Positions 23,711-37,469 of a stretch of 64,000 nt of DNA are shown here, piece after piece. The first letter of the stretch is position 1; every line of letters starts with the position of its first letter. Both the position numbers and the translations under genes were made by a program. The notes beneath the pieces were generated by a model that made no database searches, had not been told where the DNA came from, and was given only the letters and a program-made list of their open reading frames with translations. Origin of the DNA: Heptranchias perlo (lineage: Eukaryota). The stretch covers positions 10,230,001 through 10,294,000 of the forward strand of contig NC_090362.1 in the NCBI RefSeq assembly GCF_035084215.1, written 5' to 3'.

Positions 23711-25444
23711 ACACAGGAATGCGATGAAACACAATTAGAAGGCCTGAACTGCAATGGTTTAGTAGATCTGAGATTTTAACCATGAAAATTTGAAGCCATT
23801 GCCATTATTTAATGAGTTACTTTGATCACCCCTAGAAGTGAATGGTCCTGCCTTTAGTACAGTGGCATTAAAAGTAGTAACAAAGGTAGCTTAGGACTAA
23901 AAGCAAGAAATGAAGCTCAAGTCAAATGTTAACTTAAAACATGGATGTCAGTTCTGGGGAGTAAAGTCCATTTACACTTTTTGCACCCAATGTCAATTAT
24001 TCCCAGGTCAGGTACGAAGCACTTTCTAGTTTGTCCAAATGTACAACTGCAGAACAGCACTCCTTGTTGCATGCAGAGTCAACTTTTCCATTTGTCATAT
24101 CAGCTATCCCAGGCCTCTGTTTTATACTAATAAGTGCTGATGTATGGGCAGTTCTGTGCTATTAAATTGGGCTGAGGCTGCCCAAATTCATTTTGTGTAG
24201 AACCATTACATGCAACAGGCAGGAGACTTTCATCTCTTCAGTCTGGACTGAATTTGAACCCAGGTTACTTTACCACGTTGGCAATGGTTCTTTTAAGTTT
24301 TGAGTCAGAAGAAAAACAATACCGAGCTGTGTAATGAGAAAGCACTGAATGATAAACGATTACCAGACTTCAATAATCATTTAACAGCCATTAGATTTTT
24401 ATTACACAGCTTCAGAGGCAAGGTTTCTGCAATACATGACATTTTCTATTTCATACATCATCCCAGACAAAGTATGTCCCACCCCAGCTCACCAGAGAAC
24501 AGGCAGGAATGGAATTTCATACTTTATACTGCACGGTGCGGAGGACGGACTTTTAATGATCAGCATCAAATCATTCATTCACATACAAACAGACATCAGT
24601 CATAATGACAAGCCAAATCTCAGGTTTTCTTTCCTTGGATTTTAATGAATGGAAACACTGACTTTTTTGAAAAGTGCTAGTGAATGTGACAGATACAGAA
24701 TTCCCATATACTCCGATTCTGCTGTACAGCTTGCACCTTCATGCAGGTTTTTAGTGAACTATAAACCAGGACGTGAAACTCATACACTAGTGTGACTTCC
24801 TTAAATTTTCACCACATGTGCAATTTTTAGAGTGATATGCTAATTCTTATTTTAAATTCCCCTCTGCCAGGATACTGTATGGTGGATTTACACAACAGGC
24901 ATTCTGGCTGTGATCTGTTGCATTTCTTTCTGGGTACAATCTTAATACAGAACAGACACTGATGTTAGTTAGCAATGACTTTTTCTTATTATACCTCAGT
25001 CAGAAAAACAACTCCTTCACATTAATTAATGCAAACATTCACTGTACTTCCACCTCTCTCACAAATCATTGCACCTTGTGAATAAAATGTGCATTTTAGC
25101 ACTGTCTCTAGGATCTCACTGAAGAGTAATTGTGGTCTGTGGAATTTTATTACTGTGCCCACTTCAACTGTGAAGAGCACCCTTTCAAACTTGGGTTGCA
25201 TTGCAGAAAACATTTAGAGCTATTTAACTCTGAGGCGCAGTATTGGTAGTTACATATATGTCACTGAGGGTAGCAGCACTCGAGGGGATGAAATCAAGAG
25301 TGTTACCTAACATCAAAGTGTATTGGTTTCATTGTGATTTTCCTCACAGTGTATTGGAGCCAATACAATAAATAAGCCCAGTGACACCACTGCAATACTA
25401 TGGCAAATGAAATTAGATGATTAGTAACTGTGAGATGCGTTTAC

Positions 25445-25598
25445 CTTGAATTGTTCAGTGGTGATGTCTTTAATGGCGTAATTCAGGATGGCTCGGCCCA
25501 CAGTCTCACCTCCAAGCTTTATACTGTCCTTAGTCTCTTCCACGTTGACCCCAGATTTCTTTCCTTTCCCCTCCAGTATGAAATGCAGCTGCTTCTTC
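25445..25598 (-). CDS. Internal coding exon C of the same gene (G+KKQLHFILEGKGKKSGVNVEETKDSIKLGGETVGRAILNYAIKDITTEQFK)
   Basis: Acceptor ctttttttgtcctccaag| and donor |gtaaac. 154 nt, phase 2-0, stop-free. Confidence 0.8.
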
Positions 25599-25984
25599 CT
25601 TGGAGGACAAAAAAAGTTGCAATTTATGGTCTTTCTCTCCTCAGCCTTTTAATCAAAGACAGCCACATCTTATCACTTTGTAATAAAGTATCTGGGCCTG
25701 GAAAATGCTAACAACATTCTGACGTGGCATGCCTATAATGGAGCACACAGCCTCTAGTGTATTTGGGGGAGGGGGGGAGCCTCTTTCGTGTTTTGTGGTG
25801 ATTACAGTTCATCTCATTTCATGCCGAATCACAACACCAACATGTATTCAAACACTGGGTGTGAAAGCAGCACCTCAACATCATCAGTTAGCGTTAGGGT
25901 GGATAGACCAACAATGCAATGAACGCAACACACCTGGATAAATAATTGGAAGTTTTTAACCTCAGCAAAGCAAACATTAAGTCA

Positions 25985-27725
25985 CTAAGATTGAGGCTAT
26001 CCATTCAGCTGCCTCTTCCACCTCTCACCTCTCTGCAGCATTTGACACGGTTGACCACACTATAGGAACAGGAGTTGGCTATTTAGCCCCTCGAGCCTGT
26101 TCCGCCATTCAATGAGATCATGGTCGATATGTGACCTAACTCCATATACCTGCCTTAGCCCCCTATCCCTTAATACCTTTGATTAACAAAAATCTATCAA
26201 TCTCAGATTTAAAATTAACAATTGAGCTAGCATCAACTGCCATTTGCAGACGAGAGTTCCAACCTTCTACCAACCTTTGTGCGTAGAATTGTTTCCTAAC
26301 TTCACTCCTGAAAGTCTGGTTCTAATTTTTAGGCTATGTGCCCTCGTCCTAGACTCCCCAACCAGCGGAAATAGTTTCTCTCTATCTACCCTAACAGTTC
26401 CCCTTAATATCTTGAAAATTTCAATCAAATCACCCCTTAATCTTCTAAATTCTAGGGAATACAACCGTGCTTTGTGTAATCCCTCCTCGTAATTTAACCC
26501 TTGAAGTCCAGGTATTATTCGAGTAAATCTACGCTGCTCAAAGCTAATATATCCTTCCTCCAATACCTCTCCTCCGTTGTCCAGCAGAGTGGGACTGCCT
26601 CACTTGTTTCCACTCTTACCTATCCAATCATAGACAGAGAATCAGCTGCAATGGCTTCTCTTCCCGCCCCGCACCGTTACCTCTGGGGTCCTCCAAGGAT
26701 CTATTCTTGGTCCCCTCCTATTCCTCATCTACTTGTTGCCCCTCTGCGACATCATCCAAAGACATGACATCAGGTTCCACATGTACGTTGATGACACCCA
26801 GCTCTAACTCACCACCATTTCTCAACCCCTCCACTGCCTCTGTGTTGTCTGACTGCTTGTCCGATGAGGTACAGTTCTCTGCAGTTAAACATTGGGAGGC
26901 CATTGTGTTCGCCACCCGCGTCTTCCTCCACCCCCACTCCCCACCCACAAAATCCATTCCCTCGCCACCGATTCCATCCCCCTCCACGGCTACTGTCTCA
27001 GGCCGAACCAGATTGTTCACAGCTTCAGTGTCCTATTTGAGCTGAGCTTCCGACCCTATATCCTCTCCATCACCAAGACCGACTACTTCCACCTGCGTAA
27101 CATCTCCCGTCTCCGCCCCTGCCTCAGCTCATCTGGTGCTGAAACCGTAATCCAGACCTTTTTCGCCTCCAGACTCAACTATTCAAATGCTCTCTTAGCT
27201 GGTCTCCAATCTTTCACCCGCCATAAACTTGAGCTCATTCAAATCTTTACTCATTGTATCCTAACTCCCACCAATACGCTCTCATACATCACCTCTGTGC
27301 TCGCTGAACTATATTGGCCCTTGATTCCTCCAATGCCTCCAATTTAAAATTCTCATCCTTATGTTCAAATCCCTCCAAGGTCTCATCCCTCCCTATCTCT
27401 GTAACCTCCTCCAGCCCAACCAACCTCTGAGAACTTTGCATTCCTCCAACTCTAGGCTCTGGTGCATCACTCGCTCCCTTCGCTCCACCATCGGTGGCTG
27501 TTCCTTCAGCCGTCTAGGCCCTAAGCACTGGAACTCACTCCCTAAACCTTTCTGCTTCTCCTTTAAGACCCTGTTTGAAACCCACTTCATTGGCCAAGCT
27601 TTTAGCCACCCCTCCTAATATCTCCTTTGGCTCAACGTTTGTCTGATTACACTTCTGTGAAGCACCTTGGGGCTTTTCCTTTGTTAAAGGTGTTATAAAA
27701 ATGCAAGTTGTTGTTGTTGTTGTTC
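25985..27725 (+). mobile_element. L2 LINE RT to 3' end, interrupted by a CR1 at about 26062-26535
   Basis: AAFDTVDH-encoding start; FHLRNISRLRP, SRLNYSNALLAG, FKSLQGLIPPYL; (TTG)n tail. Confidence 0.88.
26062..26535 (-). mobile_element. CR1 3' fragment nested in L2
   Basis: ORF with LYSLEFRRLRGDLIEIFK. Confidence 0.88.
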
Positions 27726-28004
27726 AGAACTCAAGCCATGATCATGCCTTCATATTTCTCTATCTCACCACATACTTCGCACTTTCCCACCTCTGATCCA
27801 CCTCTACTCATGGTCCACTCCATCCCATTCCCAATGCCTCAATCCCCAATCCACTCTCATCCCATCTCCACCCACTGCCTTACATGCATCACCCCCACAG
27901 TTTGAAGTACAAGAAAGCAGTCTTGGTGACAATCGGAAGTGGGGAAGGAAGTTTGGGGGCAGCTCATATAGAAAGGGATGCCAAATCTGCGGGTCATGAG
28001 AAGA

Positions 28005-30250
28005 TAGAATCATAGCATGGTTACAGCACAGTAGGAGGCCATTTGGCCCATCGAGCCCGTGCCGGCTCTTTGTAAGAGCAATCCAGTTAGTCCTATTCCC
28101 CCATTCTTTCCCCGTAGCCCTGCAATTTTTTTCCCTTCAAGTATTTATCCAAATCCTTTTGAAAGCCATGATTGAATCTGCTTCCACCACCCTTCCAGAT
28201 CATAATTACTCACTGTGTAAAAAAGCTTTCCTTCATGTCGCCTTTGGTTCTTTTGCCAATCACCTTAAATCTGTGTCCTCTGATTCTTGGCCCTTCCGCC
28301 AATGGGAAGAATTTCTCTTTATTTACTTTATCTAAACCCTTCATGATTTTGAACACCCCTATCAAATCTCCTCTTAACCTTCTCTGCTCTAAGGAGAAAA
28401 ACCCCAGATTCTCCAGTCTATCCACATAACTAAACTCCCTCAGCCCTGGAACCATTCTAGTAAATCTTTTCTGCACCCTCTCTAAGGCCTTCACACCCTT
28501 CCTAAAGTGCGGTGCACAGAATTGGACACAATACTCCAGCTGTGGCCGAACCAGTATTTTAAAAAAGGTTCAACATAACTTCCTTGCTTTTGTATTCTGT
28601 GCCTCTATTTATAAAGCCCGGGATACCGTATGCTCTTTTAATCACTTTCTCAACCTGTTCTGCCACCTTCAAAGATTTGTGCATGTATACCCCTAGGTCT
28701 CTCTGTTCCTGCACCCCTTTTAGAATTGTACCATTTAGTTTATATTGTCTCTCCTCATTCTTCCTGCCAAAATGCATCACTTCGCACTTCTCTGCGTTAA
28801 ATTTCATCTGCCATGTGTCCGTTCATTCCATCAGACTGTCTGTGTCCTCTTGAAGTCTATTACTATCCTCGCCACTACACCTCCAAGTTTTGTGTCATCT
28901 GCAAATTTTGAAATTGTGCCCTGTACACCCAAGTCCAAGTCATTAATATATGTCAAAACAAGCAGTGGTCCTAGTATTAACCCCTGGGGAACACTACTAT
29001 GTACCTTCTTCCAGAACGAAAAACAACCGTTCACCACTACTCTGTTTCCTGTCACTTAGCCAATTTCATATCCATGCTGCCACTGCCCCTTTTATTCCAT
29101 GGGCTTCAATTTTGCTGACAAGCCTATTATCCTTTATGAAACAACTTTTGAAAGTCCATATACACAACATCATCTGTATTTCCCTCATCAACCCTCTCTG
29201 TTACCTCATCAAAAAACTCAATCAAGTTAGTTAAACACGATTTGCCTTTAACAAATCTGTGCTGGGCTTTCCTTTTTTAATTCACACTTGTCCAAATGAC
29301 TATTAATTTAGTTCCGGATTATCATTTCTAAAAGCTTCCCCACCACCGAGATTAAACTGACCGGCCTGTGGTTGCTGGGTTTTTTGAATAAGGGTGTAAC
29401 ATTTGCAATTCTCCAGTCCTCTGGCACCACCCCCATATCTAAGGAGGATTAGAAGATTATGGCCCGCACCTCTGCAATTTCCACCCTTACTTCCCTCGGC
29501 AAGCTAGGATACATCCCATCCGGACCGGGTGACTTATCTACTTTAAGTACACCTAGCCTTTCTAGTATCTCCTCTTTATCAATTTTTAGCCATTCCAGTA
29601 TCTCAAATACCTCCTCTTTTACTGTGACTTTGGCAGCATATTCTTCCTTGGTAAAGACAGATGTAAAGTACCTCAGCTATGCCCGCTGCCTCCATGCATA
29701 GATCTCGTTTTGGTCCATAACCGGCCTCACCCGTCCTCTTACTACCCGATTACTATTTATATGCCTATAGAAGACTTTTGGATTCCCTTTCATCCGCCAG
29801 TCTACTCTCTTTTTGCCCCTCTTATTTCCTTTTTCACTTCTCCCCTGTACTTTCTATATTCAGCCTGGTTCTCACTTGTATTATCAACTTGACATCTGTC
29901 ATACGCCCCCTTTTTCAGCTTCATCTTACTCTCTTTCTCTTTCGTCATTGAGGGAGCTCTGGCTTTGGTTGCCCTACCTTTCACCTTCATGGGAATTTAC
30001 CTAGACTGTACCCGAACCATCTCCTCTTTAAAGGCCGCCCACTGATCCATTACAGTCTTGCCTGCCAATCTTTGATTCCAATTTACCCGGGCCAGATCCG
30101 TTCTCAACCCACTGAAATTGGCCCTCCTCCAATTAAGTATTTTTGCTCTAGATTGTTCCTTGTCCTTTTCTATAACTAATTTAAGCCTATGGTACTATGA
30201 TCACTGTTCCTTAAATGTTCCCCCACTGACACTTGTTCCACTTGATTTCC
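28005..30250 (-). mobile_element. CR1 ORF2 (linker, RT, 3' end), frameshifted
   Basis: Motifs SVPQGLILGPLL..YINDLD..KFADDTKLG and KFNAEKCEVMHFG. Confidence 0.93.
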
Positions 30251-30941
30251 CAGAACATTGTCTGTACTGCAAAATTAGCAATCATCTAGTCCTGAACTGG
30301 CTGTAGTCCTGCTACTCTGCAACCTTACCGAGTCTATAGCATCGATGCAGGTCCAACTGAAGATTCCTCTGCTCTCTGGGGAATGCTGAGTCTCTGCTAA
30401 ATAATATTGTATCATTTTTGTGTGAATTTGCTAATTTCTTTATTTTGTAAACCAACCAACTCTGTCAAAGGGTTCCTTTCAGTCATTGTACCTTTATTTT
30501 CTAAACACTGTGATCTGGATTATCCCAGTTGGAATTGCGAATGGTGAGTGTTGGGCCATTAAAACAGATTAGTCCCTTGTGATAAGTGTTATGAGCTTGG
30601 CTCTCAGCACGTCCTAAATCTGGCTGAAGCCATTTCCTGCTCATAAAACACAGCGGTCAGTGCTGAGTATAGTCTGATGAGTTAAACACAAGATTCAATT
30701 TACAGTATCTCATCCAAAACATTTGCACTCAGTAAGTGTAATCTATGTGACAGTGGGTAGAGTGAAGCCTCATCTCCTCCTGACCCAGCAAGATCAAGCT
30801 TTTACCACTATTCCATGATCATGCCCATATATTTGTTATTTTTACAGCAACTTAAACATAAATCTCTTCTCTCGCAACAAAAAGAGCAGCAATCTGTTTA
30901 CTATATCATTCAAGGGTTGGCTACATTATAAGAAGTAAAGA

Positions 30942-31040
30942 ATAAAGAAAGACTTGCATTTATATAGCGCCTTTCACGACCTCAGGATTTCCCAAAGCAC
31001 TTTACAGCCAATGAAGTACTTTTTGAAGTGTAGTCATGTA
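30942..31040 (-). mobile_element. Deu-SINE 3' tail
   Basis: Same tail as the copies at 42655 and 48348. Confidence 0.75.
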
Positions 31041-31719
31041 GGAAGTACATAGTCTAATGGTGCTACAGAGTTTATCCAGTATAAAGGGGGTTTGTGGGGA
31101 AGTTAAATGTAGCATTCAGAATGTTGACACCCTAGAACGAAAGCTTTTGTCCACTCACAGGAGTACAGGATTTCTTCAGCCTGGGCTATTTTCTGAGGTT
31201 CTATTTTTATAATCTGCATGAACTCTCTGATGAGATCAGTGTTTCTGATGAGAGCTGGGTCTCAGTTCAAACGCTGCCAGCAGTTCTGTGAATATTATTT
31301 TAACCAGTTACCACCATGAAACCAGCTTCACTGGCATTTACATTAATAATTGAAGCTGTTTTTACAGGAGAGGGGCAAAGCACGTTATTCTGACACCTTA
31401 TAAAGGCTCAGGTTTCAGGGCCACCATAATAGCCAAACACACTTCACAGATAGATTTGTACTGTATCAGTTTGATCCTGTAAATATTCTTGTTAGAAACT
31501 TTATCACTGTAAAGTTCTAGTGATTCGCAACAGACAGATATTCTTGTAGAGTGTAGTAATTCCATCAACTTCCAAATTTATACTTAAAGCACTTTAAGGG
31601 CTACAGCCAGTAAACTGTAGTCAATATTGATTAATTAGAGCTAGATTTTTACAACAGAATGTTTCATTTTCAAACAGACCAGACTGAAAGATTACTGCAA
31701 TATATAAGCTCTAAAGCTA

Positions 31720-32325
31720 TGAAAATGTACTACATTCTATCGATAGGCTGTATATATTATATTCCATTTATATTCTGTACATACTAAATTCTATATTTAT
31801 GCATATATACTATATGCCATCTGCATAAGCTTATATATTGTATTCTATCCAGATGCTGTATATACTACATTCTCGATGGTCTGTATGCACATTTTGTCGA
31901 CATACTGTGTATACTTCATTAGTCTATATTCACTATATTCTATTTAGATTCTATATTCTATGTGATACATGGACTATTCTATCTCTGTGCTATACATTCT
32001 ATATTCCATGTGTATACTATATATACATTCTATGCATATGATATATGCACTACATTTTATGTTTCTGCTGCAAAAACTATAATCTACATGCTCTATATAC
32101 CATATTTATGCACTGCAGGTACTATATGCGATGGACTTTATGTACTACATTCTAGGTATACATACTATATTCTATGGGCTGTGTGTACATTTTATGTATA
32201 TCCTATTTTCTATATATGTGCTGTATGTATTACATTCTATGTACATGCTCAATGTACAATATTCTATATACCACTTATATGCTCTATGTAATATTTTATA
32301 TGTAAATGCTTTATGTACTATATTC
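31720..32325. repeat. AT-rich, degenerate simple-repeat region (TATATTCTA/TACATT motifs)
   Basis: Low-complexity composition. Confidence 0.8.
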
Positions 32326-33190
32326 TGAGTTCGAGACACAGCAGAGACGAAGTGAGACAGAAGTTGAGTAAGACAGTTTTGATTCTTAAGGGAGGTCAGG
32401 CTCTGACTGTCTGGACAGGTCAGATAAGGGATGGTTCAGTCACAGTTAGAAAGGACAGTGGTCAGAGATGGCAGGGCTATAGGGACAGCTCATGATGCAG
32501 GCCATCCTGGATGCATGTGTTATCCAGGGGAACATATTTATATGAAATGTCAGAGGGTTGTGGTTCTCAAGCTGAATATTACTGAGCTCAAGGAAGAATT
32601 GGCCATACCATGCAAAAAATGGAATGGGAAGTTTTCTGCAACACACGTTTCAGATGATGGTCACCCCACTGGTTGAGAGATGGTCAGAGATGTATAGTGA
32701 GGCAAGAGAGAATAAGTGAGTGACTGCCCTAAGGCAAACAGAACGAAACAAAAGTTGAAAATGCAGGGGATCCCTAAGCTTCTAGAATTGTCTAACAGGT
32801 AAATGCATTTTGATACATATAAAGCAGACAATGACTCACGGAAGAGTAGCCAAGTGGAATGCCACAGCACCATGGAGCACTGTGGGAAGGAGAAGGAGAC
32901 TGAACAAGGGAATAGGAAGACAATATAAGTAGGGGACTCTATAATTAAGGGCATAGATAACTTTTTCTGTAGTCATGACCTGGGGTCCCGTGTGGTATAT
33001 TGCCTCTCATGTGTAAGGGGAAAGGACATAATGGAGAACACGGAGAAAAGTTTGGAAAGGGATGGTGAACAGCCAGAGGTTCTGATTCGCATGGGAACCA
33101 ACAACACAGGAAATAGCATGTTTAAGGTCTTGCAAGTTTCAGGAGCTAGGGAACAGATTAAGGAGCAAAACCTCCAGGGTAGCAATGTCA
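32326..33190 (+). mobile_element. Decayed CR1 5' region (ORF1)
   Basis: Remnants CQRVVVLKLNITELKEEL, VGDSIIKG, VYCLS and VLIRMGTNN. Confidence 0.7.
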
Positions 33191-33424
33191 GGATTTCAAA
33201 ACCTGGCCTAAAACATGGGAATTGTGCCTTTAGCAGGTAAGGACTACCCCAACTAGTGCTCAATGGTGTTACATGGCATGGGTTTGTGTCTGCAATTCTC
33301 CCTAGGGTAAATTCGCTATCTCAGCCATTTCTTCTGTGAATAATTCATATGCATTAGATATAGCACATAGATAGAATGTAGTATATATACAGAATATATT
33401 GTAGATAGAATGTAGTATATAGGT

Positions 33425-33605
33425 GTCTGCCCTGGCTCTGTGGTAGCTCTCTCACCTCTAAATCAGAAGGTCGTGGGTTCAAGCCCCACTCTAGAGACTT
33501 GAGTGCATAACATAGGCTGACACCTCAGTGTAGTACTGAAGGAGTGCTGCACTGTTGGAGATGCCATCCTTTGGATTATACATTAAACTGAATACACATC
33601 CTGTG
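33425..33605 (+). mobile_element. Deu-type tRNA-derived SINE, 5' half
   Basis: A-box TGGCTCTGTGG and B-box GGTTCAAGCCC; colinear with the 42655-43111 copy. Confidence 0.8.
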
Positions 33606-33800
33606 AATCTAGAAGGTAGCAGGCACTGTCTCATTCCTATACATACAAATGATGCACAACAACGTAGAAATGCTGAAACTCCTAGATGTGGGCAAGCCGA
33701 ACATTCCGCAACTTCTGCTTTGAGCTGAGAATTGAGTGAGAAGATTACAAGGGTCATAGTTGCAGACTCCTCCACGTTGAACTTAAAGGATAAATTTTGC

Positions 33801-33942
33801 AATGTTCTGCTTTTGGCGCGCAGCCTTGCTAGACAGGGGCACGGGTTGCAGATTGCACCCTATGGTATTAAGTGACCTATTTGCAATCTGTGATTCTGTC
33901 TAGTAGGGTTCTGGGCTGGGAGCCGAACCTTGCAGAACCATT
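33801..33942 (+). other. Imperfect inverted repeat / stable RNA hairpin
   Basis: 33824-33853 pairs with 33879-33908: 22 Watson-Crick pairs, 7 G-U pairs, 1 mismatch. Looser pairing extends outward. Confidence 0.75.
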
Positions 33943-35569
33943 AGATGTCATATTTGATCTCAGGAATCATATTTTTTATGAGCTTTCCTTGTGTTATTTG
34001 TTTAAACGTTAACAATATGTAAGAGGTACTTTATCTTCCTGTATTTTCTGAAAGTCACATATGTTGCAATCTAACAGAAGGTGTAGATTTTCTATAATCT
34101 TGTACCTCGGACATTATATTCCATTATACTAGCAGCTGGGCCCTTTGTTTATTGCTGCTAATTTCTCCTCCGTTTTCACCATCATTCATTTCTCACAAAA
34201 CAGATTAGAAAGTTTCTTGTAAATGATTGACCAAAACAACAGCTAGTCTGGGGACAAACTGCAGATGTATTCAGGAGGTCCCCAGTTGGTTTCAGTTTTG
34301 TATTTGCATTCATGTCTGTTATTTGTGCATATCCAGGTCTCAAACCAATTGAGGATCACATGTGTAAGACACTCCTAGCCAACCATTATACTGTATGTAA
34401 TTTCACTCCAGAACATTAAGCTGCACTCTCGGGTGTCTTTCCATTTAATTTTTTGGCATATTCTTGTCACGTGCTATGACCTTATTTTTCGGTCCTAATC
34501 ACTCTCTCTGGCTCCATCCTGGTCCCGATGGCTTCAACTGTGGCACATTGCCACCATCCAATTAAAATCACATTTTAAACATTTTGCTTTTGACAAATTG
34601 CTTCATCATAGTTCACAGACAATTTCCCTTCCTAAGGACTGATGTTTTAGCCATAGCATCTCATTGAAGCTCTCATCCACTGGTAAACAGATTAAGCAAC
34701 AAACATCAACAAGCAGGAAAGTATAAGTACAACTGAACCATTGTATGACCATCTGGATTGAATCAGGCTTCTTTTCGGAGGTATGTTCAGTAACGTTCCC
34801 CAAGCTTCTTTCCTTAATTAACGGGACAGTGCAGCAGGATTTATAGCACTAGAAAAATTTCTCTTAGCATCCACTAAATGCCCGACTCAATTTTTTTTGT
34901 GTAAAGTATAAACTGTGGAAAGGAAGTATTGACATTCAATGTGCAAACTATATTTTGTGTTTAGAGTGAGCATATACAGCCTCTGTGCCAAAGAATTTGC
35001 CTAACAATGAACGTCTACTCCCAGCCTCTTAGTGCTCAATTACTGGATTGTGAGAATACAGTAATATCTGAAGCATGTATGTTTAAATATTTGCAAGAAT
35101 GATAAGTAGAATCACAATGACTCACATGATCAACTGGCAGATTACAGTTGCTCGGGACTCATTTGAATGAGTTTATTTTAGAGCCCTGAGTTGATTGGCT
35201 AAAACCTGTAGGTTGGAACATTTTCAGCTGATGGTCTGTCCCCTTCAACAAATGCTTTATAGATCAAACTGAAGTGAATCTCCAATACTGCAGAACGTGT
35301 CACATTATTATTTGGAATCTCCAAGAACAAATCCTGATTCCTGCGGTATGTTCAGTAATGTTTCCCAAACAATATTGGTTACACACAAATGCTCTAGTTT
35401 CCTCTTTAAATTGGAGAGCTGATGCACGAGCACAGGCACAAATGCAACATAAGATACACTAAGTGTGTGTATTCTCCGAGTCCTGGCAGATGCTTTACAT
35501 CCTCTATGTAGCCAGTGTAGTTAGCCAGCAACCGGAACCTAGTAGGTTCAAAGACAGCAAGCAAGTGGT

Positions 35570-36205
35570 GATTACTGCATCACATTCCTGACTTGAGCCT
35601 TGTAGAATGTGCAGGGGCTTTGAGGGATCAGAAGTTGAGCCACTTGTTGCAGAGTACCCAGCGTGTGGCCTGCTCTTGTAGCCTTGGTGTTGATATGGCT
35701 GGTACAGTTCAGCCTCAGGTCAATGGTGACCCCCAAGATATTGATGGCATGGGTCTTGGCAATGGTGGTACTATTGAAGAAGGCAAGGGGCGAGATGGCT
35801 GGACTTTTTTTTGTTCGAGATGGTCTTTGCCTGGCACTTATGTGGCACAAATGTTACCTGTCACTCCAAACCTGGATGTTATCCATATCCTCATGTAGGC
35901 TGGCATGCGCTGCAGTGATGTCCTGGGGCTGCAACGATTACCCCGACAATCACAACCATCTTCCTTCGGATCAACTATGTCCCAAACCACCAGAGGACTT
36001 TCCCTTTGGCCCCCATTGACCTCAGTTTTGCTAGGGCTCCTTGGTGTCATACTCTGGCAAATGCTGTCTTGATGTCAAGGGCAGCTACTCTCACCTCTCC
36101 TGTGGCATTCTGCTCGTGTCCATGTCTGGATCAAGGCTGTGATGAGGTCTGCAGCCAACTGGTTCTGGCCGAACTTGAACTGAGCGTCAGTGAGCAGGTT
36201 ATTGG
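35570..36205 (-). mobile_element. Family-B LINE RT fragment, old
   Basis: ILGVTIDLRLNCTSHINT..FYKAQVRNVM. Confidence 0.8.
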
Positions 36206-36635
36206 TGAGTTTATATGGGCTTTGAAGCTCAGCTCAGGATCGAACAGGATGCCAAGATTGCACAAGGTCCTGTTGAACCTGAGTGAGAGGCCAAGGAGAG
36301 GGTGGAGTCATTGTCAAGGGGACAAAGTTTATTGTGACCACCGAAAACAATGGATACAGGCAGGAGAGTAAATAAGCTGGGACATATTGACAAATGGGAG
36401 TAACAATCACGGGAGGGAGTACTGTAAAAAAGGGGAGAAGAAAGGGAGCATGGTCTAATGAGGAATAAAGGAGAGCAGGACCCAGAATGGCTGGAAAAAG
36501 GACAATGGGCAGATAGGGGACTTGGGCCAGAAACAGCAGCCAAAGAGCATCTGCAGGAGGACAAGGAAAGAAATTAGATTAAAACAGGCCAAGTTCTGGG
36601 CATGGTGAGGAAGGACTGGGACCAGTCCAATATTA

Positions 36636-36810
36636 GGGAAAGAAAGACTTGCATTTATATAGTGCCTTTCATATCCTCAGGACGTCCCAAACGTTTTACT
36701 GCCAACAAATTACATTTGAAACATTGTCACTGTTATTTTGTAAGCAAATACAATTTGTACACAGCAAGGTCCCACAAACAGCAATTTGCTATATGTGGCA
36801 GATAATCCAT
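36636..36810 (-). mobile_element. Deu-SINE 3' half
   Basis: Colinear with 42655-42830. Confidence 0.75.
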
Positions 36811-37469
36811 TTTAGCAGTGACAGGAGCAAATCCAGCAATTTGGTCCAGCAACTAATAGTAGGGGTGGGAATCAGGAGCAAGGCCTAAACTAAAACAGTG
36901 GAGGAACACAGGAGACTGCCAAGCATGAAGGTGAGCCAAGTAAACCAGCAGAATAGTGACTGAGAGTCAGTGGAACAAAAAACTTTAGCCCAGAAGCCAA
37001 TGAAGCGAGAGTGGAATTTTTTTCTTCTGTTCCCCCTCTTTCTGCTTTCCCTCTCTATTCTCACCTTCTTCAGAGTTCTTTTCTCCCTGTCTTTTGTTAC
37101 TCCTCTTTTCCCTCGTGCTGCTCTCACCTAACTTTCTGTCTTTTGATTTTTCTACTGCTCTATCTTCTTCTCCAATTGAGCTGCCGTGTGCAATGGGGGG
37201 GGGGGGGTGATAGAAAAGAGGTAGGGAGCAAGCTGCCACAGGGAAGGCCATCGGAGGGAGGGAGGGAGGGAGCTGCCATATCAGTCGGGGCCACAAAATG
37301 AACTTGGCGGTGATCACAGGGTACTTGGATCAGTGGGACTGTAGTCAGTTTTTGACAGTAGCAAGTAGTGCTTCTGGGACCTGCAACAGTGGTTAAGATT
37401 CTTCCCAAATTTTGTGTGCACAATCATTCCTGCTACAGGGGAAAGTATGGACATTTGATCTCATCCTTC

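Noticed and set aside
31838-32328. Tyr/Ile/Cys-rich ORFs
   Set aside because: Artefacts of AT-rich low-complexity sequence.
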